Part shown: positions 13,920-25,646 of the stretch, piece after piece
How positions within the stretch are numbered: position 1 is the first letter of the stretch
Layout of the letters: the number at the start of each line of letters is the position of its first letter
Assembly (NCBI RefSeq): GCF_032444005.1
Contig: NC_091289.1
Coordinates: forward strand, 8,494,001 to 8,558,000
Origin: Ranitomeya imitator
Lineage: Eukaryota
Length of the DNA stretch: 64,000 nt
Reading direction: 5' to 3'
Notes under the pieces: generated by a model
What the model saw: only the letters and a program-made list of their open reading frames with translations
What the model was told of the DNA's origin: nothing
Database searches by the model: none
Program-made: the position numbers and the translations under genes

Positions 13920-16900
13920 TCACATGACCGCGCAGCAGCACTTCTGGGGGTAATTCTGTGCAAACACCTTGTTTTCCATTCCATAAATAAAGTAGCTTAA
14001 TTTCTTCCCTTTCCAGACATATTGCACCTTGGTGAGAGGAATTAATTCAACGCTCTGCCTCTGCCGGGAGGAAATAAAATATGTTGACTGTAGGAAGAGT
14101 ACATTTTTATATTTAATTTATTTTTCATTAAATGAACTCAAAGAAGAAAAAAAAAAAAAATAGTAATTTGAGATCTGATACCAGTTACCACCACTAGGGG
14201 GCAATCTGTGTGCAGCTCTTTTTCATGTGCATAGGATTCAATTACAGCTGTGTAGTGCTCGCCCTCTAGTGGCAGAAACCAGTATCTGCATTTTTTTTTT
14301 TTTTTTCAAAATGGTCTTAAATTAAAGCAGAATGCAAGCTGGGAATTTTAGTTCTCAACAAAATATGATATTATGGGAATCATTTATGCAACAATATATA
14401 AAATAATCCCTTCCCTCAACAGGAAGCAGATACAGCGCGCTGACACATACCTGTCTAAGAACACGACACGAGGAGGAGAACTGCAGACGATGCTGCTCCA
14501 AAGCATTCTGGGAAGCCCAAATTATGGAGGAATCCGGGAAATCTGACAGTGGAGTCGCCTTTATGTGAATTAAAAAAGGAATTAAATCTAGTGTTAACAT
14601 TTAATGTCCCGACCTTATACTGTTCCGCATACAGTACATCACTTCTGAAATCCTCTGTGCTCCTGATAACCCTGCCCCTTTCATCTGTGACATCCCATAT
14701 GATAAGCATGCTCTGCTCCTGAAATACTCTGTGCTGCTTGTACCATCACTATGCAATTTTAAGTTAAGTCTGGATAGCTGACCGACAACTGCTCGACTGT
14801 ATGGATCCTCTCTCCGTGCACAGCCTGGAAGAGATCCGCAGAGAATTCAGAGTGATGATCCGATATGAACTGATATTTATTATTTTTCCTGCAAAAGAAA
14901 AACAGATCTGATTAATGCAGGAAATATATAAGCAGCAGACAGATGAGCGGCGAGTGTCAGACCATGAAGAGTTAATCAGATTAGCTTCCAGTCTAGAATA
15001 TAAATATTTATCTTTATAGTTTGCTACAATGTATCAGTGCGATCACAGAATTGTCTGGATACTATTGTAGCAAACCTTCAGGTGCAGGACCATTCACTCC
15101 TGACAGGTTTTCCTCCTCTACGGGTAAAGGCGAGTGCTCCCAACCCAGAAGGCTGAGATATTGAAAATGGTGAAGAAGTGAAGCGGTATAGCAGTGCCGC
15201 TATATTCTCTGTTATCAGCTCCTCACCAGGTGATGCTCAGCTGCAGGTAGGTCAGGACTTGGCCCTTCCCGGCACAGGTGACGCAGGTCTGGATGTTGCT
15301 GATGGTACACATCCTGCAGCTGCAGAATACACAAAAAACCTGATGTAGCCCAAGACCACAAAAAAAAAAAAAAGAGGGAGAAAGAGAGAACGGGAGAAAG
15401 GGAGAAAGACCCCAGAAGGGAAAATCTGCATGATTTCAATGGAAAATGCTTTGAAAACCAATCCGGAATCATTGTTTCACATCTCCGTTTCATGCGTTTT
15501 TGGCCGGTTCCGTCACTGTGCGCTTTTTTCGCCGCACAAAAAAAAAAAAAAAGTTCCTCCGGACGTTTTCTCCGTCTGCCGGAAATGACTATTTGGATGG
15601 ATCCGGAAAAAAAACGGATGAAACGTGAGGCCATCAGGCACAATCCAGCGCTAATACAACTCTATGAGAAAAAAAAAACGGATCCTTTTTTTTTTTTTCC
15701 CAAAACTTGCCGGAATGTGCCTGAAACAAAAAACCTGATGTGTGAAAGTAGCCGAATAAGTCAGATTCCAATCATTGTGTGACTACAACTCCCAGCATGC
15801 TCCGATAGCCTTCAGCGGGCGCATGGATCGTCCCATCAGTCACCTCTCGGTCCCGACCCCGTAGCACTGCTGACACATCTCCATCTGCAGCCGTCTCCCG
15901 GTGCCGCTGCACCACATGCACTGGACCTGCAGGAACAGGAATATCACCGTACAGAAGAGCAGGGGGCTGCGGACCCCCAAGGCCTCACTTATAGTATTAT
16001 ATGATCATTACTACCACCCTATAACTGAACATCACAAAATACATCCAATGTCGCCCTTTTACTTACATAGTCCTCCAGTCACACCCAAAGCAGCATTCAA
16101 GCCTCTGCTGCATCCCCTGCACAGATTATACATTGCTAGGAATTGTGGGAGATTATCCCCTTAATTTACTGCTTTGTGCATTGCAGCAGCTCAGTTAAAG
16201 GGAGTGTCAGCACAAACAGAGCATGCACTAAGCACCCCCCCGCCTTGTAGAGGATATCACGCCCCTGTAAATACGGCGCCATCATTGCTCTGTAATTGCT
16301 GCCTTCTCTGCAGAATCTGACGTTTAAGCACCTATGCTAATAAGGTGCTTGGTGCACACTGGGTGTGGCCAAGAGGCTCAGCACACTGTTCCACCCACTG
16401 GTTTTGCATGTCCCCGCCTCCCTCACTGATGATTGACAGCGCTGGAGCTTTCTCTGCAGACAGAGCTCACTCCAGGCAAGTCTGCGCTGTCAGTCACTGG
16501 TGAAGGAGGCGGGACATGCACAACCAGTGGGTGGAGCCGCACACCGAGCCTCTTGGCCACACCCAGCCTCTTGGCCACACCCAGAGTGCACCAAGCACTG
16601 AATTAGCATCAGTTTCTGTAGATCGGAGGCAGCGATTAGAGCAATGATGGTGCGATATCTATAGGGTCGATATCCCCTACAGGGTCGAGAGCTTCGTCTA
16701 TACAATCCTTTTGGGCCGACACTCCCTTTTGCGCCCACAGATTTTCCTGCGCCTGCTGTAACAATAGTTGGTGCAGCTCTGGATGTGAATGGAGGAGATT
16801 GCACCTGACTGCTACATGCGGCTTCTTGTCCCCTTCACAGGTCACCACTTCCCGGCATCTTCTCAGTGACTGGTCGGTCGGACTCACCCGGCCGCTCCCG

Positions 16901-19900
16901 TGACACTTCAGACACGTGTTTCGTCCCATCCCTTTACAATGTGAACACGTCTGGAAAAAAGGAAAAGAAGACGAGGAAAAGGTCAGGAAGAAATGAGGAC
17001 CCCTGGACGGGGGCAACACGCGGGGTCCGGAGACATAGATAACGTGCATAGTGACCGGACTGTCCGTGCCCACCAGTGCCGCACAGTGACCGGACTGTCC
17101 GTGCCCACCAGTGCCGCACAGTGACCGGACTGTCCGTGCCCACCAGTGCCGCACAGTGACCGGACTGTCCGTGCCCACCAGTGCCGCACAGGGACTGGAC
17201 TGTCCGTGCCCATCAGTGCCGCACAGTGGCCTGACTGTCCGTGCCCATCAGTGCCACACAGAGGCCGGACTGTCCGTGCCCATCAGTGCCGCACAGTGGC
17301 CTGACTGTCCGTGCCCATCAGTGCCACACAGAGGCCGGACTGTCCGTGCCCATCAGTGCCACACAGTGGCCTGACTGTCCGTGCCCATCAGTGCCGCACA
17401 GAGACCGGACTGTCCGTGCCCATCAGTGCCGCACAGAGACCGGACTGTCCGTGCCCATCAGTGCCGCACAGTGACCGGACTGTCCGTGCCCATCAGTGCC
17501 GCACAGTGACCGGACTGTCCGTGCCCATCAGTGCCGCCCGCCTCTCCTTCACTTTGGGCTATTGTCCCCTTTTATCAGCCAGTCGCTCCTGACTGCTTCT
17601 CCCAAGATCCAAAAAGTAGCCATACTGACAAGGTCCAATAATTAGCAGCTATGAACCGGCGGATTCTCCCAGGCGTCAGGGTTCTGCACGGACCCCGATT
17701 GCCAAACCTGCTGTACATGAGTGGGGTCATGGGGTGGCACAGGAATCTTTGTGAATCCACCCTACAGCGCGGGATCCCGTCTCCCGTCCTCCATAGTCGG
17801 CCTCTTATTAATGGTGGCGCTATACACAGAGATTCTGGACTAATGGGCGCCGGATTATCGGAATCTTATAGGTGTCCCACCCTCCCCCGGCTCGGTACCT
17901 TCACACAGGTCGTATTAGGAACCTTCATTGTCTGCGATCCATCCTTGAACATATCGGGGACAACAACCGGGATCTCCCAGGGCTGCAGGACCGATCCAGC
18001 ATCGGGGGCGTCCACATGCTGACCTAGGGACCAACAGAGGGATCGGACATTTAATGACCATAATAAGCGTACCCCCAAAACCGACCCTAGAGAGTCATCA
18101 GCCGGGTCAGTACCCTTTATCCCCAAAGTGACACCGCCCCTTTAAAAGCAATTCCCTATTATAATAAGATTCCACTAATCTTCAGCCAATGAGGAGTGTT
18201 CTCATCTGTCATAGGCTCCGCCCATATTGCCATCGCCCCGCCTCTTGGGTAATCTCAGTAAATGTGGCCCCTGAGGGCCCTGCATAAGATCTGACCCCAG
18301 CGGCACTGACCCGAATATTGTTCCGTTTTCCAGACACTGATCCGCGACTCCGTGAAGGTCTCCAGGGAATACTGAAAACAAAAATCTATAGATGTGGACG
18401 TACAGTAACGAGATCTGATCATTGTCCTTATTTCTGTCCTTCCACATCTCTCAGAGCTGCAGTGTAAAGCATGGGGGAGGATAGACCATGTAAAGAGACA
18501 TAAGACCACCCAAGACCCCAACATACAGAGCACCTAGAGGGGCTATGACTCCTGGCTGTGCACTGGGGGAGCAGAGCTGCAGGGTAAAGTATGGGGGAGG
18601 ATAGAGAAGAAGTAGTGTGACCATGTAAAGAGACATAAGACCACCCAAGACCCCAACATACAGAGCACCTAGAGGGGCTATGACTCCTGGCTGTGCACTG
18701 GGGGAGCAGAGCTGCAGTGTAAAGCATGGGGGAGGATAGAGAAGAAGTAGTGTGACCATGTAAAGAGACATAAGACCACCCAAGACCCCAACATACAGAG
18801 CACCTAGAGGGGCTATGACTCCTGGCTGTGCACTGGGGGAGCAGAGCTGCAGTGTAAAGCATGGGGGAGGATAGAGAAGAAGTAGTGTGACCATGTAAAG
18901 AGACATAAGACCACCCAAGACCCCAACATACAGAGCACCTAGAGGGGCTATGACTCCTAGCTATGCACTGGGGGAGCAGAGCTGCAGTGTAAAGCATGGT
19001 GGAGGATAGAGAAGAAGTAGTGTGACCATGTAAAGAGACATAAGACCACCCAAGACCCCAACATACAGAGCACCTAGAGGGGCTATGACTCCTGGCTGTG
19101 CACTGGGGGAGCAGAGCTGCAGTGTAAAGCATGGGGGAGGATAGAGAAGAAGTAGTGTGACCATGTAAAGAGACATAAGACCACCCAAGACCCCAACATA
19201 AAGTGCAGCTAGGCCGGAGTCCTACAGGAGAAGAGCTGCAGGGTAAAGCATGGGGGAGGATAGAGAAGAAGTGTGACCATGTAAAGAGACATAAGACCAC
19301 CCAAGACCCCAACATATAATGCAGCTCGGCCGGAGCCCTACAGGAGCAGAGCTGCAGGGTAAAGCATGGCGGAGAGCAGTCTGCGCCGCTCACCCTGTAC
19401 GTGTTACATGGCCGCAGCTCCTCGGTCGTCATGTCTTCGGCCAGAGATCTCTCGTGGCAACATTTGCCGTTACCGTACTCCTGAAACGCTTGTTTGGCTG
19501 CAGCTTCGGTGATCAGCAGGGCCCTGCAGAGGAGGCAGCCATTGATCAGGGTTAAGAGGGTCTGTCCCTTTAATATCATTTAACCCTTGCAGGCCCCCAG
19601 GTCAGGTAACACGGGGCTTCTTACCTGCGGTCTGGATGTGTTGGGCAGGAGGTCTCTGCAGACCCCAGAGTTAGGTCTAAGGGAGAAGAAAGAGAACCTG
19701 AGAAATGAGGAGGATCTGGGGATTAACAGGTTAATTTATTATGAATTCACATTGCAGCCACATGAGAGAATCGCATATATAGCAAAATATAACAGAGGTC
19801 AACCTACAGCTCCAGGTGTGGGGAAAACTACTACTCCCAGCATGCTCCAATGGGAGACCCCGGCCTCAGGAGGCGACACAGACAGAAGAGGCCCCTGTGC

Positions 19901-21651
19901 AAGAACAATACATGGGCCCTCGGCGGCCTCCGACCCAGAGGGGGGGAGAGCGGCCCCAGACCCAGAGGGGGGGGGGGGATAGCGGCCTCAGACCCAGAGG
20001 GGGGGGGGGGGGGATAGCGGCCTCAGACCCAGAGGGGGAAATAGCGGCCCCAGACCCAGAGGGGGGGGAGATAGCGGCCTCAGACCCAGAGGGGGGGGGG
20101 GGGATAGCGGCCTCAGACCCAGAGGGGGAAATAGCTGCCCCAGACCCAGAGGAGGGAGAGCGGCCCCAGACCCAGAGGGGGGGGGGGGGGATAGCGGCCT
20201 CAGACCCAGAGGGGGAAATAGCGGCCCCAGACCCAGAGGGGGAGAGCGGCCCCAGACCCAGAGGGGGGGGGGGATAGCGGCCTCAGACCCAGAGGGGGGG
20301 GGGGATAGCGGCCTCAGACCCAGAGGGGGGGATAGCGGCCCCAGACCCAGAGGGGGGAGAGCGGCCCCAGACCCAGAGGGGGGGGGGATAGCGGCCTCAG
20401 ACCCAGAGGGGGGGGGGGGATAGCGGCCTCAGACCCAGAGGGGGAAATAGCGGCCCCAGACCCAGAGGGGGGAGAGCGGCCCCAGACCCAGAGGGGGGAG
20501 AGCGGCCCCAGACCCAGAGGGGGGGGGGGATAGCGGCCTCAGACCCAGAGGGGGGGGATAGCGGCCCCAGACCCAGAGGGGGGATAGCGGCCTCAGACCC
20601 AGAGGGGGGGGGATAGCGGCCCCAGACCCAGAGGGGGGGGATAGCGGCCCCAGACCCAGAGGGGGGGGGATAGCGGCCCCAGACCCAGAGGGGGGGGGAT
20701 AGCGGCCCCAGACCCAGAGGGGGGGGGGATAGCGGCCCCAGACCCAGAGGGGGGGGATAGCGGCCCCCCTAACCTCTTGGACCCCTGAGTGGCTGCACCA
20801 GTGGTCTGTCCGCCCCTCACATGTCAATTACATCCTGATGGTTTGTTACAATGTATCAGTCTGTCGTCCGGCTGTTTAGCGCACAGAGAATCCTCTAGAC
20901 TGGATACAAATGTAGCAAACCCTGAGCTGTGATCGAGGAGGTCAGAGGGCAGGACGTGACTCGGGGATCCCTCATTCCCTGCACTACCTCCGCTTGGACC
21001 ATTCCTTTAATTTAATGGCCTACGCCAGGGGTGTCAAACTGCATTCCTCAAGGGCCGCAAACAGGTCATGTTTTCAGGATTTCCTTAGCATTGAACAAGG
21101 TGCTGTAATCATTATGTGTGTAGGTGATTAAATTATCACCTGGCTGTGCAATACAAGGAAATCCTGAAAACATGACCTGTTTGCGGCCCTTGAGGAATGC
21201 AGTTTGACACCCCTGGCCTACGCCAAGACAAGACCCCCGACATGTACTCACCAGCAGTAATAGCCCCCGAGTATCCAGAACTAGGACCACTGCGGCAGCT
21301 TTGGTTAGCCCTTACTGGGACTGGCGGGCGGCTCGGGGCACCCACAGTTGTAACCGGTGGTCCGCGAATGGCTTTCATACCAACTGGTGGGTTGGATGAA
21401 GACCCCATCGTGCCCCAGCTCCCACTGATCACGGTTGGGCTTAGTGGATGATGCTGCTCGGTGCCAGGGTTCAATGACGCGAGGGGCAGAGCGGGTACAA
21501 GGCCACCCTGTGGGGCACGCGGGGAGGACAGATCAGCAGCGGAGCCCATGGATGGGGCAACCAGAACGTCGTCCGTCGGGGAGGATCTCGGAGTGCTCAA
21601 GTCAACGTCATCAAAATCCAGAGTGCAGCGAGAAGACGTCAGCGCCATCAT
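13920..21651 (-). CDS. SSUH2: SSUH2 homolog, paralog C (11 coding exons found, about 453-460 aa, ends CCCAVM*); N-terminus uncertain
   Basis: Exons: 21659-21252 (first in-frame ATG at 21651), 19676(or 19697)-19625, 19523-19394, 18371-18311, 18023-17899, 16950-16888, 15926-15844, 15319-15227, 14888-14783, 14558-14451, 14060-13920. Exon sizes 130/61/125/63/83/93/106/108/141 match paralogs A and B. Peptides include AFQEYGNGKCCHERSLAEDM, YSLETFTESR, LQPWEIPV..VPNT, CSHCKGMG, CMWCSGTG, RQSVELIPLTKVQY. An upstream coding exon could exist. Confidence 0.9.
16320..16610. mobile_element. palindromic MITE-like element
   Basis: Inverted arms gtgcttggtgcacactgggtgtggccaagaggct..ccacccactgg..catgtccccgcctcc / ggaggcgggacatg..ccagtgggtgg..agcctcttggccacaccca..gtgcaccaagcac. 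Confidence 0.7.
17049..17537. repeat. 35-bp GC-rich minisatellite (gtgaccggactgtccgtgcccaccagtgccgcaca), about 14 copies, intron 6 of paralog C
   Basis: Direct tandem periodicity. Confidence 0.95.
18456..19370. repeat. 135-bp tandem repeat, about 6.5 copies, intron 4 of paralog C
   Basis: caagacccca recurs at 18511, 18646, 18781. Confidence 0.93.
19921..20768. repeat. G-run minisatellite (gatagcggcc[c/t]cagacccagaG(n)), unit about 24-32 bp, intron 2 of paralog C
   Basis: Tandem units differ mainly in poly-G length. Confidence 0.95.
21026..21215. mobile_element. hAT-family MITE (190 bp) with perfect 8-bp TSD gcctacgc
   Basis: About 58-bp near-perfect TIRs starting CAGGGGTGTCAAACT; TSD at 21018-21025 and 21216-21223. 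Confidence 0.93.
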
Positions 21652-23688
21652 CACCGATTCTGGGAAGCAAAGAGTTAACCCATAAAGTCAGATGATTCCA
21701 ATAGACAATTACACTATAGCAATGCCATAAAGTGGCCAGGAACATTGGCTCCTCCATTGGAAGGAAACTACAACTCCCAGCATGCTGTGACCGCTGCAGG
21801 AATTGCGCAATCACAACAGATGGAGACCAAGACACTAATGTGTTAAATCAGCTGATAAGTAACGATCCCAGCGCAAAATAGTTACTCCAAAATGTAGTAG
21901 TCTGTACCCCGAGCACAGAGTGCAGGCCGCAACTGTAGCAAACCCTCAGCTGTGACGTCTACAAGTCTCGGGGAGGGAGAATCTGACCATACACGATTCA
22001 TCAGATATATATATACTGCTCCGGCTGATGTGGGCTGTTGCTATGTGTTATCAGCCATAGTTGATACCTACAGGGAACTCCGAGGCAGGAACAGGACAGG
22101 AAGCGCAGAGGGAAATATTTCCCATAAATCAGATTTCCTCTAGTTACAAACTTGTGAGATCTACAGAAATGGAAACATTTGTATATTATTTTGTAACAAG
22201 GCAGAAATCTACATACCGTGTTCCCTCTGCAGACAGCTGACATTCGCTACAATGTGACAGAGATTAATCTTACCCCTGAAGTCAGACAATATTCACATCC
22301 CACTTACACTGGATCCACAGACAAAGCGACTGTGGGGGGCGGCGATCCCACCACAATGAGGGTCCACACCTGGTGCTGGAAGAAATCACAGGTGTAACCC
22401 TTCACCTGCCAGGACAGATCTTAACAAGGGCAATCATTCTGACCAGGTGACCATATTGGGCCTCTCATCTTAAAGGGGATGTCGACCGCAGGACGGCCAC
22501 GTGCTACATGATAGCGTGGCCACAATAAAGTAAACAACATATCGATACCGCCCAACTTTTGCGGAAGAGAAAGAAGGACACATTTTGACTATTCCCCAAT
22601 CTTCACACATTTAACATTTAAAATTGCATTTTTTACCTGCTTTTTTAGGCTCCATATAGAAGCCTCAAGAGAAGGGAAAAAAGCACCAAAACCGCAGCGT
22701 TCAGCGGCGTCTTTGGACCACAGGGGGGCGCAGTTTTCATGAAATCGCATCCGCTTTGCTTGGACAGGTAAACTGCAGAATTGCTGCGCAAAACAAGCAG
22801 CAGAAAAATCCGCAGCATTTACCCTACATGTGAACACGGCCTAATGTCCGAGCAAAGTGGCTGCGATTCCATGAAATCTCCGCTGCGTCTACAGTCGCTG
22901 CTGAACGCTGCGGTTTTGGTGCATCCTTTTCTCTGTAGGCTTCTATGTGGAACCTGAAAAAAAATACACAATAAAAACCATGTTGCATTTTTAAGTGCAA
23001 AATCCAAGATTTTCTGTACTATTAAAAAACATTAAAATGCGGCTTCACATCTGCACCAAAAACGCATCAAACATGGGGGACAAGACCGAAAAGAAATGCA
23101 GCAAGCGTAAAATAATCGGAGAAGATTGTTATTGTATCGTGTGGTGTGAAAAAACGCAGCATTCACGCTACGTGTGAACACAGTCTCAGCATTACATATT
23201 TATTACTTTTATTACTTTGTTTATGGGTTTAATGGAGAAAACAACAAATCACACCATTCATCTTACATTTACTGATCCCTGTAAATAATCTGACTGCTTT
23301 GTTGTGCGGCTCGTTGCGATTACAGGGACTCAAAATTTGTTATTTTCTGATTTGTGACGTTTATTTATTTTTTAAAAGTGCAGTAAATATGACATTATTG
23401 TTATTGCTTTTTTATCATTTTTTTTGTAATTTTAGATGAAGAAAATATCTTCCCTCTAGACTGAAGGGACATAGAAATACACTGCTATGTACAGATTTAT
23501 CTCTGTGCATCAGTATTATCTGCCTGTGGACTCAAGTATCTACTATCCTCCCACTGATGTCAGTGTCAGGTCTGGCTGGTGGCTTTAGCTGCTGTCTGCA
23601 ATGGTAGAAGTCATGGGCTCCATTCCCAGGGATACCGAAGCACAAGAAAAGAATTGTTTATTAGTGATGAGTGAATGTGATCAGATAA

Positions 23689-24102
23689 GGCTACTTTCAC
23701 ACTGGCGTTTTTTTTAATACGTCGCAATGCGTCGTTTAGGGGAAAAAACGCATCCTGCAAAGTTGTTTGCAGGATGCGTTTTTGCCCCATAGAGTAACAT
23801 TACTGACGCATTGCAACGTATTGACACACGTCGCAACTGTCGTGCGACGGTTGCACCGTGTTGTGGCCGGGAGCAAAATACGTTAAATGTAACGTTTTTT
23901 GCTCCAGACGGATGACTTTTTCCGACCGCGCATGCACAGCCGGAACTCCGCCCCCACCTCCCCGCACCTTACAATGGGGCAGCGAATGCGTCAGAGAAAT
24001 GCATCCGCTGCACTAGTTGTGCGGCGCTAACAACGCTAGCGTCAGAATCTCGGCCCGACGCAATGCGACGGGCCAAATTCCAACGCTAGTGTGAAAGTAG
24101 CC
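23689..24102. mobile_element. PIF/Harbinger-type MITE
   Basis: TIRs ggctactttcacact / agtgtgaaagtagcc with TAA on both flanks. Confidence 0.88.
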
Positions 24103-24329
24103 TAAGGTGTTATATGAGCATGCTCAGGTGCTAACCAAGGGCCTTCAGCATGCTAAAATAATATGTTCGAGTCCCCGTGTCTGCAGGTCTCATGGCTGTT
24201 CGACAACCGCAACACCTGCATGGATTGTCTAGCACACAAGCAACCCCCGCCATGATGCCGTCTGCCTTTACTACCGTGTGACAGATCGGCCGGTGGTGCT
24301 GAGCTCCCTGATACCAGCGCGGTCCTGTG

Positions 24330-25030
24330 ATAGGAGCCACCGGGGGAACAAGTCCATCCATGACATTTCCTCCTCCTGTGAGGGACATTACTGAGAAGTG
24401 GAAGAAACTGCAGCAACTCAGCCACAAAGTGGGGACCCCGTAATGTTACAGAGCAGGGGGGGGGGGGGCAGAAAAGTTACCACCGCTCTGCTGACCCCAT
24501 AAGTCAAGACCTCTTCTGGTATACCATCGGCACAAACCCTGTGCCCCCGCCTGGAGCTTCATGGCCGAGCAGTTGCAGGCAGCCGTACATCACCAAGCAC
24601 AATGCCGAGCGTTGGATGGAGTGGTGTAAAGCCGCCACCACTGGACTCTGGAGGAGACGTGTTCTGTGCAGTGACGGATCGCACTATCTGCGTCTCATGG
24701 AGGAGTCTAGGTTTGGTGATTGCAGGAGGACGTTACCCCCCTGACTGCATTGTGCCCCCTATACAGATGGCGGAGGAGGATAATGCTAGGGGCTGTTATC
24801 AGGGGGCGGCCGCGGACCCTCAGCTCCTGTGATGGGAAATCTTATAGAACAGATTGTGAGCCCAGACTCAGTCCCATCCAACACCTGTAATGCAGATTGT
24901 GAGCCCGGCCTCCCCCCAACATCACGGTCTGACCCCACAAATGCTTTTGTGTATGAAGGGGAAAAAATTCCCCAAAACGCCTCCAAAATCTTGTAGAAAT
25001 CAGTCCCAGAAGACAACATGCGTTTAATAA
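24330..25030 (+). mobile_element. Tc1/mariner transposase remnant (decayed)
   Basis: QPYITKHNAERWMEWCK..LWRRRVLCSDGS matches the Tc1 KP.I...N...R.EWCK..W..VLWSDES region. Confidence 0.8.
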
Positions 25031-25422
25031 ATACTAATGGAAGAGGAAATGAATGACATCAAACATGAAGCCTGCGTGCTGTCCCATCACGGTGCGTGCC
25101 AGCCTGGTGGTCTCCGCTATTCCTGGGTGCTGACCGCACGCTCTCTTCTGCTGTAGCCGCCTTTAGTAATCCAAGGTCCGCACACTGTACTCTGCTACAT
25201 TTAGTGTTCCCAGTGCTCGGACCCCCATGCCGCCCTGCATATCCGGATCTACGAGTCCTCACCGCGCATCGATGCTTCCCGTCTGTGCGGCTCACCCTGA
25301 CTTGCCGCTTATTTAGCCCCCTCACAAGTGAGGCTCAACCATCGCCGTTCATCAGATAACATAACATTCTCTCAATAAACAATAACAACTGACATTAAGC
25401 TAAAACTGGGACAAAAGCAGCT

Positions 25423-25428
25423 TTTATT
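25423..25428 (-). terminator. putative polyadenylation signal AATAAA of paralog B
   Basis: tttatt on + about 220 nt downstream of the stop codon at 25647. Confidence 0.55.
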
Positions 25429-25646
25429 CACACTCGGTGCAGAAAATGTGAATATATCCCAAGTAACAAAACCATAACGATAATGACACCGGGATGAAAC
25501 AGGGATCAGTTTTCTCCTGCAGCTTTGTTACAATGTAACCCCCTGGATTATCACTCTGAAGTTCAGTCATGTGACCTGTGACATCACTTGTCCCGCCCAT
25601 GAGGAGCCTGGTCCTGGAAGCAGGAGACATTAGCAGATGATCTCTG

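Noticed and set aside
14600-14720. Exon-like ORF MLIIWDVTDERG..YAEQYK in paralog C
   Set aside because: It is not homologous to any SSUH2 exon, and exons 10 and 11 already join in phase without it
18428-19579. 383-aa ORF
   Set aside because: Only 19523-19394 is a real exon (C exon 4); the rest is read-through into the 135-bp repeat
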